Shown: in pieces, positions 1-11,014 of the stretch
Layout of the letters: the number at the start of each line of letters is the position of its first letter
Position numbering within the stretch: position 1 is the first letter of the stretch
NCBI GenBank assembly: GCA_963709015.1
Contig: CAVPUU010000058.1
Span: 9,658 to 73,657, forward strand
Source: an uncultured Alphaproteobacteria bacterium
GTDB taxonomy: Bacteria > Pseudomonadota > Alphaproteobacteria > Rhizobiales > Xanthobacteraceae
Direction of reading: 5' to 3'
Length of the DNA stretch: 64,000 nt
Program-made: the position numbers and the translations under genes
The notes under the pieces: generated by a model
What the model was told of the DNA's origin: nothing
Seen by the model: the letters and a program-made list of their open reading frames with translations, nothing else
The model's database searches: none

Positions 1-185
1 AAGGCCTTCTGGCCATGCACCGCGACGTTGTAGCCGAGGCTCTCGAACGCCTCCCGTGGGAAGGCCTCATCCACACACTTGATTTCCTGAAGGCAGACGA
101 TGTCGGGCGCGCTTTCCTTGAGCCAGGCCAGCATATTGTCCAGCCGCTGACGGATCGAATTAACGTTCCAGGTGGCGATGCGCAT
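1..185 (-). CDS. xth: Exodeoxyribonuclease III, 5' part (runs off the window)
   Basis: Manual translation from ATG at 185: MRIATWNVNSIRQRLDNMLAWLKESAPDIVCLQEIKCVDEAFP; WNVNS and LQE motifs of ExoIII. Confidence 0.93.
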   Translation of the reverse strand, partial: MRIATWNVNSIRQRLDNMLAWLKESAPDIVCLQEIKCVDEAFPREAFESLGYNVAVHGQKA

Positions 186-382
186 GCGCGGCTCCGGCGG
201 GGCAGACCCGAATAAAACCAGTGTTTTGCGTGTTTACCAGTGAGCGCAGGGATATGCACCGAGCGCCGTTTATATGCTAGAAGGCGGCCAACGCGGCCCC
301 CTTTAATGTGGTTAAAACAAAAGTTCCGCGGAATTAGGGAGCGCCTGGACAGGGCCTTAACAGTCCAGGCCGACATTTGCCG

Positions 383-1513
383 ATGACGAAGCGAAAGTGG
401 CTATTTGGGGTGGCGGCGCTCGCCCTGATTGGCATCGTCTTGCTTATGCGCGGTACGTGGACCAGCGACGGCGCCGCCGCGCGCTCGCAAGGCGGGGCCC
501 GCGTGGCGCCGGTCGAAGTCGCGACCGCCGAGCGCAAGAAAGTGCCGGTGCGCGTCGAATCGCTCGGCAACGTCACCCCGATCGCCAGCGTTGCCCTCAA
601 GGCGCGCGTCGATACCAATATCGTGGCCGTCCATTTCCGCGACGGCGCCGAAGTGAAAAAGGGCGATCTGCTGTTCACCCTCGATGGCCGCGCCATCGAA
701 GCGCAAATCGCGCAGACCGAAGGCATGGTCGCCCGCGATAAGGCGCAACTCGCCGGCGCCGAGCGCGACGTCGCGCGCTATACCGATCTGGTCGCCAAGG
801 GCGCCACGCCGGTGGTCAATCTCGACAATGCCAAGACCCAGGCCGACGTTTACCGCGCCGCCATCAAATCCGATGAAGGCTTGCTTGAGAATCTGAAAGT
901 ACAGTTGGGATATTGCACCGTCACGGCGCCGATTGACGGCCGCATCAGCGCCGCCGCAGTCAAGATCGGCAATTTCGTGCGGCAGGCCGATACGGCACCG
1001 ATGGCGATCATCAACCAGATGGCGCCGGTTTATGTGACCTTCACGGTACCGCAGAAGGTTCTGCCCGAAATCCGCCATGCGCTGGCGGCGGAAACCGCCA
1101 CCATCGAAGCGGTGATTCCGGGCGAGCAAAAACACGCCACTGGCCAGGTGACGATGATCGAGAATACCATCGACCCGGCGACGGGCATGGCGACCATCCG
1201 CGCCACCATGCCCAACAAAGACGAAGTGCTTTGGCCCGGCACGCTGGTGACCACCGAATTGACGTTGCGGGAAGAAGAGGCCGTGGCCGTTCCCACCGCC
1301 GCAATTCAGGTGAGCCAAACCGGCAATTTCGTGTTCGTGATCAATGACGGCGTCGCCAAAGTTCAGCCGGTGAAAGTCGAGCGCGCCGTCGGTAATGTCA
1401 CAGTGATTGCCTCCGGCCTGTCGGGCGGCGAAACGGTCGTCACCGACGGCCAATTGCTGCTGTCAAACGGTACGCGCGTGAATGTGCGCACGGCAAAGAC
1501 CGCCGGCAGCTGA
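383..1513 (+). CDS. RND efflux periplasmic adaptor (membrane fusion protein), MdtA-like
   Basis: N-terminal TM anchor, lipoyl-like GAEVKKGDLLFTLD, APIDGRI, LWPG motifs; directly upstream of the RND permease. Confidence 0.9.
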   Translation: MTKRKWLFGVAALALIGIVLLMRGTWTSDGAAARSQGGARVAPVEVATAERKKVPVRVESLGNVTPIASVALKARVDTNIVAVHFRDGAEVKKGDLLFTLDGRAIEAQIAQTEGMVARDKAQLAGAERDVARYTDLVAKGATPVVNLDNAKTQADVYRAAIKSDEGLLENLKVQLGYCTVTAPIDGRISAAAVKIGNFVRQADTAPMAIINQMAPVYVTFTVPQKVLPEIRHALAAETATIEAVIPGEQKHATGQVTMIENTIDPATGMATIRATMPNKDEVLWPGTLVTTELTLREEEAVAVPTAAIQVSQTGNFVFVINDGVAKVQPVKVERAVGNVTVIASGLSGGETVVTDGQLLLSNGTRVNVRTAKTAGS

Positions 1514-1516
1514 ACT

Positions 1517-4500
1517 ATGAATATTTCGGAAACCTGCATTCGCCGGCCGGTGTTGACGACGCTGATGACGGCGTCGCTGATCGTGTTCGGCGCTTTCGCC
1601 TACCGGCTGCTGCCGGTGGCGGCGCTGCCGGCGGTGGATTTCCCGACCATCCAGATCACCGCGCTGTTGCCCGGCGCCAGCCCCGAAACAATGGCGTCAT
1701 CCGTTGCTTCGCCGATCGAGCGTCAACTCTCCACGATCGCCGGCATCTCCACGATGAATTCGTCGTCGTCGCTCGGCCAATCGCAGATCACCATCCAGTT
1801 TGACCTCGGCCGAAACATCGACGGCGCGGCGCTCGACGTGCAGACCGCGCTCGCTACGGCCGCGCGGCGGCTGCCGGTCGAAATGACCACGCCGCCGTAC
1901 TTCCGCAAGGTCAATCCGGGCGACTTTCCGGTGCTCTATTTGAGCTTGCGGTCCGATACCATCCCGCTGTCGACGGTGGACGACTATGCCGAGACGCTTC
2001 TGGCACCGCAGATATCGCAGATGCCGGGCATCGCCCAGGTGCTGGTCTACGGCGCGCAGAAATTCGCGGTGCGGGTGCAGGTTAATCCGGTTGAGGCGGC
2101 GGCGCGCAATATAGCCCTATCCGACGTCGGCAGCGTCGTGGCCAAGGCCAATTCCAGCACGCCGGTCGGCACCCTGACCGGCAGCGACCGGAATGTGACG
2201 CTGCTCGCCACCGGCGCGATCGAACACGCGGCGGATTATCGTGACGTCGTCGTCGCGTATCGCAACGGCGCGCCGGTCAAGCTCAATCAGATCGCGCGCG
2301 TGATCGACAGCGTCGAAAACGATCAGGTTGCGACCTGGTTTAACGACGCCCGCGCCATTGTGCTGGCGATTCAGCGCCAGCCCGACGCCAATACCGTCGA
2401 CGTGGTGGACCGAGTGCGCAACGCGCTGCCGGCCATGCGCGCCCAGGTGCCGCCGTCGGTGCAGATGCAGCCGCTGTTCGACCGCTCGACCTCGATCCGC
2501 AACGCGGTCGTCGACGTGCAGGAAACCTTAATGATCGCGGTTTCGCTGGTGATCATGGTGATCTTCCTGTTCCTGCGCAAAGTCTCCGCGACGATCATTC
2601 CGGCGCTGGCAGTGCCGGTGTCGCTGATCGGCACCTGCGCGGCGATGTACGCCTTCGGTTTCTCCATCAACAATATGACGCTGCTGGCGCTCACGCTATC
2701 GGTAGGCTTTGTGGTCGACGACGCCATCGTCATGCTTGAGAACATCGTGCGCCACATCGAAGGCGGCATGCGCCCGTTTGAGGCCGCGCTGAAAGGCTCG
2801 CGCGAAATCGGCTTCACCATCGTATCGATCACCTTTTCGCTGATCGCCGTGTTCATCCCGGTGCTGCTGATGGGCGGCATGGTGGGCCGCGTATTCCGCG
2901 AGTTCGCGGTGTCGATCGCGGTGGCGATCATCGTCTCCGGCTTCGTTTCGCTGACGCTGACCCCCATGCTGTGCGCGCGCGTGCTCAAGAGCCATCACCC
3001 CGGCGAAGTGGAGAAACAGAATTTCGTGCTGCGCGCATTCGAGCGCCTGTTCGAGACGATGCTCAACGGCTATCAGTGGTCGCTCGACAAGGTGCTGCGC
3101 TATAAATCGATCACGCTGATTTTCACGCTGGCCACCATCGGCGCTACGATCTGGCTCTACATCGTCGTACCGAAGGGTTTCTTCCCGATTGAAGATACCG
3201 GTTACGTGCTCGGGATAACCGAGGGCAATACAGATATCGGATTTGGCGCGATGACCGAGCGCCAGCGCAAGGTCGCCGACATCATCCGCGCGGACCCGGC
3301 GGTGGACTACGTCAACTCGACCGTCGGCGCCGGCGGTCCGAATTCCCTTCCGAACAGCGGCCGCATGCTGGTCGCGCTCAAGCCGCAAAAGACACGCGAC
3401 AAGCTCGGCGTCGTGCTGGCTCGGTTGAAGCGCGAATTGAACGTCGTCACCGGGATGGAGATATTTTTCCAGCCGATTCAGAACATCAATCTCGGCGGCA
3501 AGCTGGCCAAGAGCGCGTATCAATACACGCTGCAATCCAACGACACGGCGACGCTCTACCGGCTGGCGCCGGAGTTGCGCGACCGTATTTCCAAGATCCC
3601 CGGCCTGCTCGATGTCACGACCGACCTCTACATAAAGAATCCGCAAATCAGCATCGATGTCGATCGCGAAAAGTCGGCCGTCTACGGCGTGAGCGTCGAT
3701 CAGGTTCGGCAAGAACTCTACAACGCGTTCGGGACGCGGCAGGTCGCCACCATCTATACGCCGGCGAACGACTACCAGGTCATTCTGGAAACCTTGCCGG
3801 AGTACCGCGCCAAGCCGAACGATCTCAACCGCCTCTATCTCAAGACGACGAACGGCACCACGGTTCCGCTCTCGGCGGTGACGCGTTTTGTGCCGTCGGT
3901 CGGGCCGTTGCAGGTCAATCACCAGGGCCAGCAGCCGGCGGTGACGATCTCGTTCAACCTCGGGCCCGGCTTCTCGCTCGGCCAGGCGGTCGATGCGATC
4001 CAGAATTTGGAGCGCGAAGAGCGCTTGCCGGCCACTATCACGACCGGTTTCCAGGGCACCGCGCAGGTGTTCCAGGATTTATTGCGTGGACAGGGCATCT
4101 TGATTTTGGCCGCGATCTTCGCGGCCTATGTGGTGCTCGGAATCTTGTATGAAAGTTTTATCCATCCGATCACCATCATATCCGGCCTGCCGTCTGCCGG
4201 CATCGGCGCGATCCTGACCTTGATGCTGTTCAGGATGGATCTGTCGGTGATCGCCATGATCGGCATCGTGATGCTGGTCGGCATCGTGAAGAAGAACGCC
4301 ATCATGATGATCGACTTCGCGATTGAGCGCCGCCGCGTCGGCCTTTCCGCGGAAGCGGCGATCCGCGAAGCCGCGACCTTGCGCTTCCGCCCGATCATGA
4401 TGACGACCTTCGCCGCCATCTTCGGTTCGCTGCCGATCGCGTTCGGCACCGGATCGGGCGCCGAACTGCGTCAGCCGCTCGGCGTCGCGGTGGTCGGTGG

Positions 4501-4645
4501 CCTGTGCTTGTCGCAGCTGCTCACGCTCTACATTACGCCGGTGATTTATCTCTACCTCGATCGGGTCGACCGCCTGATCAAGCGCCGGCTCGAGCCGCGG
4601 CTGGAAGAAGTGGCGGAAGCGCCGCCCGCGGTGGCGGCGGAGTGA
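1517..4645 (+). CDS. RND efflux permease, HAE1 family, MdtB/MdtC-like
   Basis: 1042 aa; IRRPVLT start, GFVVDDAIVMLENI, GIVKKNAIMMIDFA, RFRPIMMTT motifs. Confidence 0.93.
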   Translation: MNISETCIRRPVLTTLMTASLIVFGAFAYRLLPVAALPAVDFPTIQITALLPGASPETMASSVASPIERQLSTIAGISTMNSSSSLGQSQITIQFDLGRNIDGAALDVQTALATAARRLPVEMTTPPYFRKVNPGDFPVLYLSLRSDTIPLSTVDDYAETLLAPQISQMPGIAQVLVYGAQKFAVRVQVNPVEAAARNIALSDVGSVVAKANSSTPVGTLTGSDRNVTLLATGAIEHAADYRDVVVAYRNGAPVKLNQIARVIDSVENDQVATWFNDARAIVLAIQRQPDANTVDVVDRVRNALPAMRAQVPPSVQMQPLFDRSTSIRNAVVDVQETLMIAVSLVIMVIFLFLRKVSATIIPALAVPVSLIGTCAAMYAFGFSINNMTLLALTLSVGFVVDDAIVMLENIVRHIEGGMRPFEAALKGSREIGFTIVSITFSLIAVFIPVLLMGGMVGRVFREFAVSIAVAIIVSGFVSLTLTPMLCARVLKSHHPGEVEKQNFVLRAFERLFETMLNGYQWSLDKVLRYKSITLIFTLATIGATIWLYIVVPKGFFPIEDTGYVLGITEGNTDIGFGAMTERQRKVADIIRADPAVDYVNSTVGAGGPNSLPNSGRMLVALKPQKTRDKLGVVLARLKRELNVVTGMEIFFQPIQNINLGGKLAKSAYQYTLQSNDTATLYRLAPELRDRISKIPGLLDVTTDLYIKNPQISIDVDREKSAVYGVSVDQVRQELYNAFGTRQVATIYTPANDYQVILETLPEYRAKPNDLNRLYLKTTNGTTVPLSAVTRFVPSVGPLQVNHQGQQPAVTISFNLGPGFSLGQAVDAIQNLEREERLPATITTGFQGTAQVFQDLLRGQGILILAAIFAAYVVLGILYESFIHPITIISGLPSAGIGAILTLMLFRMDLSVIAMIGIVMLVGIVKKNAIMMIDFAIERRRVGLSAEAAIREAATLRFRPIMMTTFAAIFGSLPIAFGTGSGAELRQPLGVAVVGGLCLSQLLTLYITPVIYLYLDRVDRLIKRRLEPRLEEVAEAPPAVAAE

Positions 4646-4663
4646 AGCCTTGCTCCAACGGTC

Positions 4664-4721
4664 CGGGCCGTGCATCCTTCGAGGCTCGCGTGCTACGCAC
4701 ACTCGCACCTCAGGATGACGG
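4664..4721. repeat. Half copy of the GTCATCCTGAGG/CATCCTTCGAG palindromic repeat family
   Basis: CATCCTTCGAGGCTCGCG...CACCTCAGGATGACGG matches the arms at 24296-24401 and 52369-52483; lies between convergent genes. Confidence 0.75.
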
Positions 4722-4745
4722 ATTGAGTTGATCCGGCCGAAAAAT

Positions 4746-5075
4746 CTAAAGCGCGAAGCTGGTGCCGCAGCCGCAGGATGCGGTAGCCTTCGGGTTCTTC
4801 ACCTTGAACGAGGCGCCGATCAGGTCGTCGACGAAGTCGATCTCCGATCCGGCCATGTAATTGACCGAGACCGGATCGATCAGCACGACCGCGTCTTCGC
4901 GCGCAATGACGATGTCATCGTCGGCCTTGGCGTGCTCGACGCCGAACTTGTACTGGAAGCCTGAGCAACCGCCGCCTTCCACGGAGACGCGCAGCATCGA
5001 GCCTTCCGGCTCCCCCTTGAGGATCTCGCCGATCCGCCGTGCCGCGCGTTCGCTGACCGTGACGTTTAAGCCCAT
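4746..5075 (-). CDS. erpA: Fe-S cluster insertion protein, ErpA/IscA (HesB family)
   Basis: GGGCSGFQY and SCGCGTSF motifs; divergent from dgt as in alphaproteobacterial synteny. Confidence 0.88.
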   Translation of the reverse strand: MGLNVTVSERAARRIGEILKGEPEGSMLRVSVEGGGCSGFQYKFGVEHAKADDDIVIAREDAVVLIDPVSVNYMAGSEIDFVDDLIGASFKVKNPKATASCGCGTSFAL

Positions 5076-5157
5076 TCGTTCACCCTTGCGGCCCAGATGC
5101 TATTGGCAAGCGGCCTTCTGAATAGTTAAGTGCGCCGACCAGCGAGGTCAATGCGGC

Positions 5158-6363
5158 ATGGCGATCGAAACCGGGCGCGGGCGGGCCGCTTATGCCGCCG
5201 ATCCGGCCCACAGCCGGGGCCGGCGTTATGCCGAGCCGACGAGCCCGACCCGCAATGCCTTCCGGCGCGATTGCGACAGGATCATCCACTCCAGCGCATT
5301 CCGGCGGCTGGCGCACAAGACGCAAGTTTTCGTCTATCACGAGGGCGATCATTACCGCACACGGCTCACTCACACGCTGGAAGTTGCCCAGATCGCCCGC
5401 TCGCTGGCGCGTGCGCTCGGCCTCGACGAGGACCTCGCCGAAGCGCTGGCGCTGGCGCACGACCTCGGCCACCCGCCATTCGGCCATGCCGGTGAGCGCG
5501 CGCTCGACGAGGCGCTCGGTCGCTTCGGCGGCTTCGATCACAACGCGCAGGCGCTGCGCATCGTCACCGAGCTCGAGCGCCGTTATGCCGCTTTCGACGG
5601 ACTCAACCTCACGTGGGAAACGCTGGAGGGCCTGGTCAAGCACAACGGCCCGCTCACCGGTCGCGACGGCAACGCAGTTGGTCGCCATCGTGAGCATGGG
5701 GTAGCGGCCGCGATCCTGGCGTACAATAGGATTCAAGATCTGGAACTATGGTCGCAGCCGAGCGCGGAAGCGCAAGCAGCGGCGCTGTCCGACGATATCG
5801 CCTATGACGCCCACGACATCGACGACGGCTTGCGCGCCGATCTGTTCACGCTCGACGATATCGCCACCGTGCCGATCATCGGCGACATCGTCGCCGAAAT
5901 TGACGCGCAATTTCCCGGTCTTGAACCGGCGCGCCGCGCGCACGAAACCGTACGCGGCCTGATCACCCGCATGATCGAGGATGTCATTGCCGAGACCAGC
6001 CGCCGCGTTGATGCGCACAAGCCCTCGGCGGTCGAGGTGCGCCACGCCGCGGGGCCGCTAATTGCATTTTCGTCGGCCATGCAAAAGGCTGACGCCGCCA
6101 TCAAGGGCTTTCTCTATCCGCGCATGTACCGGCACGAGCGGGTGATGCGCGTGATGGAGGAAGCTGAAAACGTCGTGCGCGACCTGTTCGCACATTATGT
6201 GGCGGTGCCAGCCGAGCTACCGGCGGAATGGGCGCACGCGGCCGCGCTTACCGATGCGCGCGCGCGCACCCGCCACATCGCCGACTACATTGCCGGCATG
6301 ACCGACCGCTACGCGCTGGTCGAACACGCCAGATACTTCAAAACGACGCCGGAATTGCGCTAG
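5158..6363 (+). CDS. dgt: Deoxyguanosinetriphosphate triphosphohydrolase
   Basis: [44 protein letters not shown] motifs. Confidence 0.93.
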   Translation: MAIETGRGRAAYAADPAHSRGRRYAEPTSPTRNAFRRDCDRIIHSSAFRRLAHKTQVFVYHEGDHYRTRLTHTLEVAQIARSLARALGLDEDLAEALALAHDLGHPPFGHAGERALDEALGRFGGFDHNAQALRIVTELERRYAAFDGLNLTWETLEGLVKHNGPLTGRDGNAVGRHREHGVAAAILAYNRIQDLELWSQPSAEAQAAALSDDIAYDAHDIDDGLRADLFTLDDIATVPIIGDIVAEIDAQFPGLEPARRAHETVRGLITRMIEDVIAETSRRVDAHKPSAVEVRHAAGPLIAFSSAMQKADAAIKGFLYPRMYRHERVMRVMEEAENVVRDLFAHYVAVPAELPAEWAHAAALTDARARTRHIADYIAGMTDRYALVEHARYFKTTPELR

Positions 6364-6462
6364 CCGGGCGGGTTCCAACGCCGGAACGATCCCGGGAAAG
6401 CCGCGTTCCATCCTGCAAGGGCGATCCGACGCGGTCGATCGCGCACCTTGGAGGATATCGAC

Positions 6463-6927
6463 ATGAACAGAAGAGCCGCGGTCTTGCTCGGCGGCGTTGC
6501 CGCCTTGTTGACCTTGAACACAGCGCAGGCCGCACCGGCGGCGCCCATTCCGGCAGCCACGCCGTCCGCGCAGTCTTATGCCGACCTGCTTCAGCCGGTC
6601 CCCGATGCGGTCATGGCTTTGCAAGCCGATGATGCGGCACGCGTGCAGGCGCCCGCCCGCCTGGAACTTGCGCAGTTCCGTGGCCATCACCATCATCATC
6701 ATGGCTTTTTCGGCGGCGGTCCCCGCTTCGGGTTTGGCTTCTGGGGCGGGCCCTATGCCGCGGAACCGTATTACGACGACGGCTATGGCTACGGCCCGCC
6801 AGTGGTCTACGCCGCGCCGGCCCCGGGCGGTCCTGATGTCGCCTACTGCATGCGCCGCTTCCGGTCCTACGATCCGAACAGCGGCACGTATCTCGGGTTC
6901 GACGGCAACCGGCATCCGTGCCCGTGA
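6463..6927 (+). CDS. BA14K family secreted protein
   Basis: Signal peptide; C-terminal YCMRRFRSYDPNSGTYLGFDGNRHPCP; GGAGG RBS upstream. Confidence 0.88.
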   Translation: MNRRAAVLLGGVAALLTLNTAQAAPAAPIPAATPSAQSYADLLQPVPDAVMALQADDAARVQAPARLELAQFRGHHHHHHGFFGGGPRFGFGFWGGPYAAEPYYDDGYGYGPPVVYAAPAPGGPDVAYCMRRFRSYDPNSGTYLGFDGNRHPCP

Positions 6928-7034
6928 CAAGCTGACAGCCTAGATTCCAAACGATCCCCTTGGGCGGTCCGGCGCGGCAACGCGCCGCGCCTGCCTTGCG
7001 GGCAAGGCCCGCGGCCTAATATCCTGCCGGCGGC

Positions 7035-7802
7035 ATGGCGCGTTTGGCCGGGAAAGTTGCGTTTATCACGGGTGGCGGCGGCGGCATCGGTCGCGCCACC
7101 ATGCAGCGCTTTGTCGAAGAGGGCGCCAAGGTCGTCATCGCCGAGATCGACGCGAAGACCGGCGCGGCGGCAGCAGGGTCCGCCCGCGCGCGCGCCGGGA
7201 ATTCCGGCGGCGACGCTCATTTCGTTCAGTGCAATGTCAGCGAGCGCGCAAGCGTCGAAGCCGCCCTGGCCGAGACAATCGGGCGCTTCGGCAAGCTCGA
7301 CATTCTGCACAACAATGCCGGCGGCTCCTCGCCCGACGACGGGCCAGTCACCGAGGTCAGCGAGGAAGAATTCTGGCGCACGATGACGCTCGACGTGTTC
7401 GGCACCTTCCTGTGCTCGAAGCTCGGCATCCCGCACCTCATCGCTGCCGGCGGCGGCTCGATCATCAACATGTCGTCGATCGTCGCCTTGCGCGCGCTGC
7501 CAGGCCGCGATTGCTACACCGCCGCCAAGGGCGCCATCGCCGCAATGACGCGGTCGATGGCGGTGGAATACGCGCCGCACAAAATTCGTGTGAACGCCAT
7601 CGCGCCCGGCGTCGTGCTCACCGACCGCGTCAAGAAGCTGATGGAAAGCGCCAAGGACATCACCAAGCTTGCCTCGACCCATCTGCTCGGCCTCGGCCTG
7701 CCGATCCACATAGCCGATATGGCGGTGTATCTCGCTTCGGACGAGTCGGCGATTACGACCGGGCAGGTTTTATCGGTCGATAGCGGCGCGACGATCTGTT
7801 AG
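7035..7802 (+). CDS. SDR family oxidoreductase
   Basis: TGGGGGIG, NNAG, YTAAK, RVNAIAPG motifs. Confidence 0.9.
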   Translation: MARLAGKVAFITGGGGGIGRATMQRFVEEGAKVVIAEIDAKTGAAAAGSARARAGNSGGDAHFVQCNVSERASVEAALAETIGRFGKLDILHNNAGGSSPDDGPVTEVSEEEFWRTMTLDVFGTFLCSKLGIPHLIAAGGGSIINMSSIVALRALPGRDCYTAAKGAIAAMTRSMAVEYAPHKIRVNAIAPGVVLTDRVKKLMESAKDITKLASTHLLGLGLPIHIADMAVYLASDESAITTGQVLSVDSGATIC

Positions 7803-7828
7803 CGTGGTTTCCGCCGCCGGGTGTAGAA

Positions 7829-9541
7829 ATGAATGCTGACCGCGAGGTCGATCTGTTGATCGCGGGGACGGGGCCGGCCGGAATGACGGCCGCGCTGGTA
7901 GCCTCGCTCGAAGGCCTCGATGTACTTTTGTGCGAGAAGTCGGATCAGGTCGGCGGCACCGGATCGACCTCCGCCGGGACGCTCTGGATTCCGGGCAATC
8001 ATCAGAGCCGGGCCGCCGGCTTTTCCGACAGCGCCGAACAGGCCGACGCCTATCTGAGCGCGCTGATCGGGCAAGCGACCAACCGCGAACTGCGCGACGC
8101 CTATTTGCGGACCGGCCCGGCGGCGATCGATTATTTGTGCGCACACACAGATGTGCAGTTTCTTCCCTGCGGGCCGCACCCGGACTACCGCAGCAACATG
8201 CCGGGCGCCGCCGTCGCCGGCCGTGCGATCGTGCCCGTGCCGTTCGACGGCCGGCTGCTCGGCGGCGAATTCCGGCGCATTCGTCCGCCGATTCCGGAGT
8301 TCATGGTGTTCGGCGGCATGATGGTTGGCAAGGCGGATATCGCGCCGCTCATCGGGCGGTTCCGGTCGATCGGCAATTTCATCCATTCGGCGCGCTTGTT
8401 CGCCCGCTACCTGGCCGACCGCACGAAATATCCGCGTGGCACGCGGCTCACGATGGGCAATGCGCTCATCGGCCGGTTGTATTACAGCCTGCGTCGGCGC
8501 GGGGTGCCGATTTTGTTCGGCGCGTCGGTCGTCAACGTCATGGGCGACCGGCACGGTGTCGTTGGCGCGCGGCTGAGCGCCGGAGGAAAGGAAATCCAAG
8601 TCAAAGCCCGCAAGGGCGTCGTGCTGGCGACGGGCGGCTACGCGCATAACAAACGCTTTCGCGAAGCGTTCATGCCGCGGCCGGTTCCCGCGCATTCGAT
8701 GAGCTACGAGGGCAACCACGGCGACGGCGTCGAAATCGCCCGGCGGCTGGGCGCGTCGATCGCGCCCGAACGCGGCACCGGCGGATTGTGGACGCCGGTG
8801 TCGATCACCAAGCGGGCGGACGGGAGCGAGGGCCTGTTTCCGCATCTCGTGCTTGACCGCGCCAAACCAGGACTGATCGCGGTGAACGCAGCGGGTCGCC
8901 GTTTCGTCAACGAGGCCGTTTCCTATCATGACTTCGCGCTGGCAATGTTCGAGAGCCACAAGACCGTGCCGACGATCCCGGCTTTTTTGATCTGCGATTC
9001 CGCCTTCATCAAAAAATACGGCTTGGGCGTCATCTATCCCGGACATTCCAATGTCGCCAAATTCGCCGACAGCGGTTATCTCGCGCGCGGCCGCACGCTC
9101 GACGAGCTTGCTGCCAAGATCGCGGTCGATCCCGCGCAACTGCAAAAGACCGTCGCGCGGCATAACGGCTTTGCCGAGACCGGCGTCGATATCGATTTCG
9201 GCAAAGGCGAAACCGAGCTCAACCGCTTCAACGGCGACACGACCCATCGGCCGAACCCGTGCATCGGGTCGCTTGCCGCGCCGCCGTTCTATGCGGTCGC
9301 GGTCTGGCCGGCCGACATCGCGGTGAGCACCGGTCTCACGACCGACGCCGATGCGCGCGTGCTGGACGCCGACGGGAGAGCCATTCCGGGCCTCTATGCC
9401 TGCGGCAACGACATGGCGTCGGTCATGGCGGGGAGCTATCCGGGGCCCGGCACTACTTTGGGGCCGGCGATTGTGTTCGCCTATCGGGCGGCGATGCACG
9501 CGCGCGGCGCGCAGGCGCGTCACGGACTGTCGAGCAGATAG
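7829..9541 (+). CDS. FAD-dependent oxidoreductase (FAD_binding_2; KstD/fumarate reductase flavoprotein-like)
   Basis: GTGPAG, GGTGSTSAG, VVLATGG, GLYACGN, YPGPGTTLG motifs. Confidence 0.85.
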   Translation: MNADREVDLLIAGTGPAGMTAALVASLEGLDVLLCEKSDQVGGTGSTSAGTLWIPGNHQSRAAGFSDSAEQADAYLSALIGQATNRELRDAYLRTGPAAIDYLCAHTDVQFLPCGPHPDYRSNMPGAAVAGRAIVPVPFDGRLLGGEFRRIRPPIPEFMVFGGMMVGKADIAPLIGRFRSIGNFIHSARLFARYLADRTKYPRGTRLTMGNALIGRLYYSLRRRGVPILFGASVVNVMGDRHGVVGARLSAGGKEIQVKARKGVVLATGGYAHNKRFREAFMPRPVPAHSMSYEGNHGDGVEIARRLGASIAPERGTGGLWTPVSITKRADGSEGLFPHLVLDRAKPGLIAVNAAGRRFVNEAVSYHDFALAMFESHKTVPTIPAFLICDSAFIKKYGLGVIYPGHSNVAKFADSGYLARGRTLDELAAKIAVDPAQLQKTVARHNGFAETGVDIDFGKGETELNRFNGDTTHRPNPCIGSLAAPPFYAVAVWPADIAVSTGLTTDADARVLDADGRAIPGLYACGNDMASVMAGSYPGPGTTLGPAIVFAYRAAMHARGAQARHGLSSR

Positions 9542-10833
9542 ACCAGCCCGAGCCGCGCATAGTGGAATTGCGCGTGGGCATCGACCGTGCCCGCGCCGAA
9601 CGGGCCGAAATCGACTGCGATATCGTGCAGCGAGGCGGTGAAGGCATATTGATAATCGAAGCGCGCGAGCCAGTGGTTTGTGACCGCGGTTTCGATGCCG
9701 CCGCCCATGGCCAGCGCGTTCACACGTTGGCTTGAAATCGTGACGACGCCGCTGATGATCGAGGTGGTGCGGATGCCGGTGGTGACCCAGCCGGCGCTGC
9801 CGTAAATCATGGTCGCCGGCGTCAGCAGATAACCGACGCGGCCGCGCAGCGCCGCCGTCCAGTCGACTTGGAAATCGGCGGTGGAAAGGCCGGGCGCCAC
9901 TTCGCCCTCCACGCCGAGCACCCAGCGTGGCGCAACGCGCCAGTCATAGCCGATCATCGCCGTCGGGAGCACGCCCGAAATGCCAACGCCGTCGATCGAA
10001 TTGGGATTGCTGCCGGTGAACTCGACCTTGGCATTGGCGACGCCGGCCCCCAGCGCGGCTCCGGCATAGACGCCGTTCCATGACGGCGTGGCTGCCGGCG
10101 TCTGCCAGGGCGATGACGCGCCCGGCCCGAAATTATAGATCAAGGCGAGCCGCCCGACACCGATCGATGGCCTCGCCGCGATATCGCTACCGAAGAAGCC
10201 GTTGACGATCGGCGAGTTGAAGGCGCGGCTGTTGTAGAAGCTGTGCAGATATTCCAGGCGCGCGATCCAACCTGGCGCGACCACTGTCTCGATGCCGCCG
10301 CCGACCTGCGGGCCGTTGAACCACTGCGTGTCGTTGTCGGCGCCCAGGCCGGTAAAATCGAGCGCAAAGCTGAATTGCGACCACGACCAGCCGGCGGTGC
10401 CGTAGAGCAGCGTCTCCGGCGCAAGCAGATAACCGAAGCGCGCGCGCAGCGAATACGCCTGCTTCTGCGTAATCTTCATGTCAAACGAGTCGCCGAGGCT
10501 ATCTTGCGCCGTATCGGTATGTGTGATGTTTCCCCAATTGGCGTCACCCTCGATGCCAATGAGAGTGCGCGGCATCACCATGTAGTTGTAGCCGGCGAGC
10601 AAACCGCCGGTGAAGCCGCGGCCGCCGAAGAAATCGGTGTCCAACGGCTCCGTCCCCAGCGACCCGCTGGCTTTGGCAACGCCGAAACCGTAGCCGGCGT
10701 GGGCGCCGACGTAAAAGCCTTGCCAGGAGAATGCGGGTGGGGGAGGCGGCGCGGCGGCAACCGGCCCGATACCGAGCGGGACCAGCGCCATCAAAACGCG
10801 GCCCGCTATGGCAGAACGCGTTGCGGCTTTCAC
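9520..10833 (-). CDS. Outer membrane protein with two tandem Omp25/31-like beta-barrel domains
   Basis: Two repeated units: [62 protein letters not shown]. Confidence 0.8.
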   Translation of the reverse strand: MKAATRSAIAGRVLMALVPLGIGPVAAAPPPPPAFSWQGFYVGAHAGYGFGVAKASGSLGTEPLDTDFFGGRGFTGGLLAGYNYMVMPRTLIGIEGDANWGNITHTDTAQDSLGDSFDMKITQKQAYSLRARFGYLLAPETLLYGTAGWSWSQFSFALDFTGLGADNDTQWFNGPQVGGGIETVVAPGWIARLEYLHSFYNSRAFNSPIVNGFFGSDIAARPSIGVGRLALIYNFGPGASSPWQTPAATPSWNGVYAGAALGAGVANAKVEFTGSNPNSIDGVGISGVLPTAMIGYDWRVAPRWVLGVEGEVAPGLSTADFQVDWTAALRGRVGYLLTPATMIYGSAGWVTTGIRTTSIISGVVTISSQRVNALAMGGGIETAVTNHWLARFDYQYAFTASLHDIAVDFGPFGAGTVDAHAQFHYARLGLVYLLDSP

Positions 10834-11014
10834 GGCTGGTATCCCCCGGAACCGTTACCGCCTTCTGCGGTGCTTTGCCGTAACGGTTCGCCGAAAGAGT
10901 ATCGGCGCCCTCGATGCAACGCAAGACGATCCAGATTTGCCCCCGTCGATCATGCCGCCGCCGGCGCGCAAAATTTTGACTCGCCACTTAAAATCCCTTA
11001 CCCGCAGCCCCACC

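Noticed and set aside
377-4645. RND pair lacking an outer-membrane factor as something unusual
   Set aside because: RND pumps commonly use a TolC-like channel encoded elsewhere.
5158-6363. dGTPase as an anti-phage nucleotide-depletion system
   Set aside because: It sits in the conserved erpA-dgt-argS housekeeping context with host-like composition.
6680-6705. His6 run in the BA14K protein
   Set aside because: It is a low-complexity His/Gly linker of the kind common in such secreted proteins and is no sign of an engineered tag.
7799-9523. Long antisense ORFs (e.g. 574 aa here, also 401-1453, 2696-3922, 58646-59923)
   Set aside because: They are shadow frames of well-supported genes in high-GC DNA and have no recognisable motifs.
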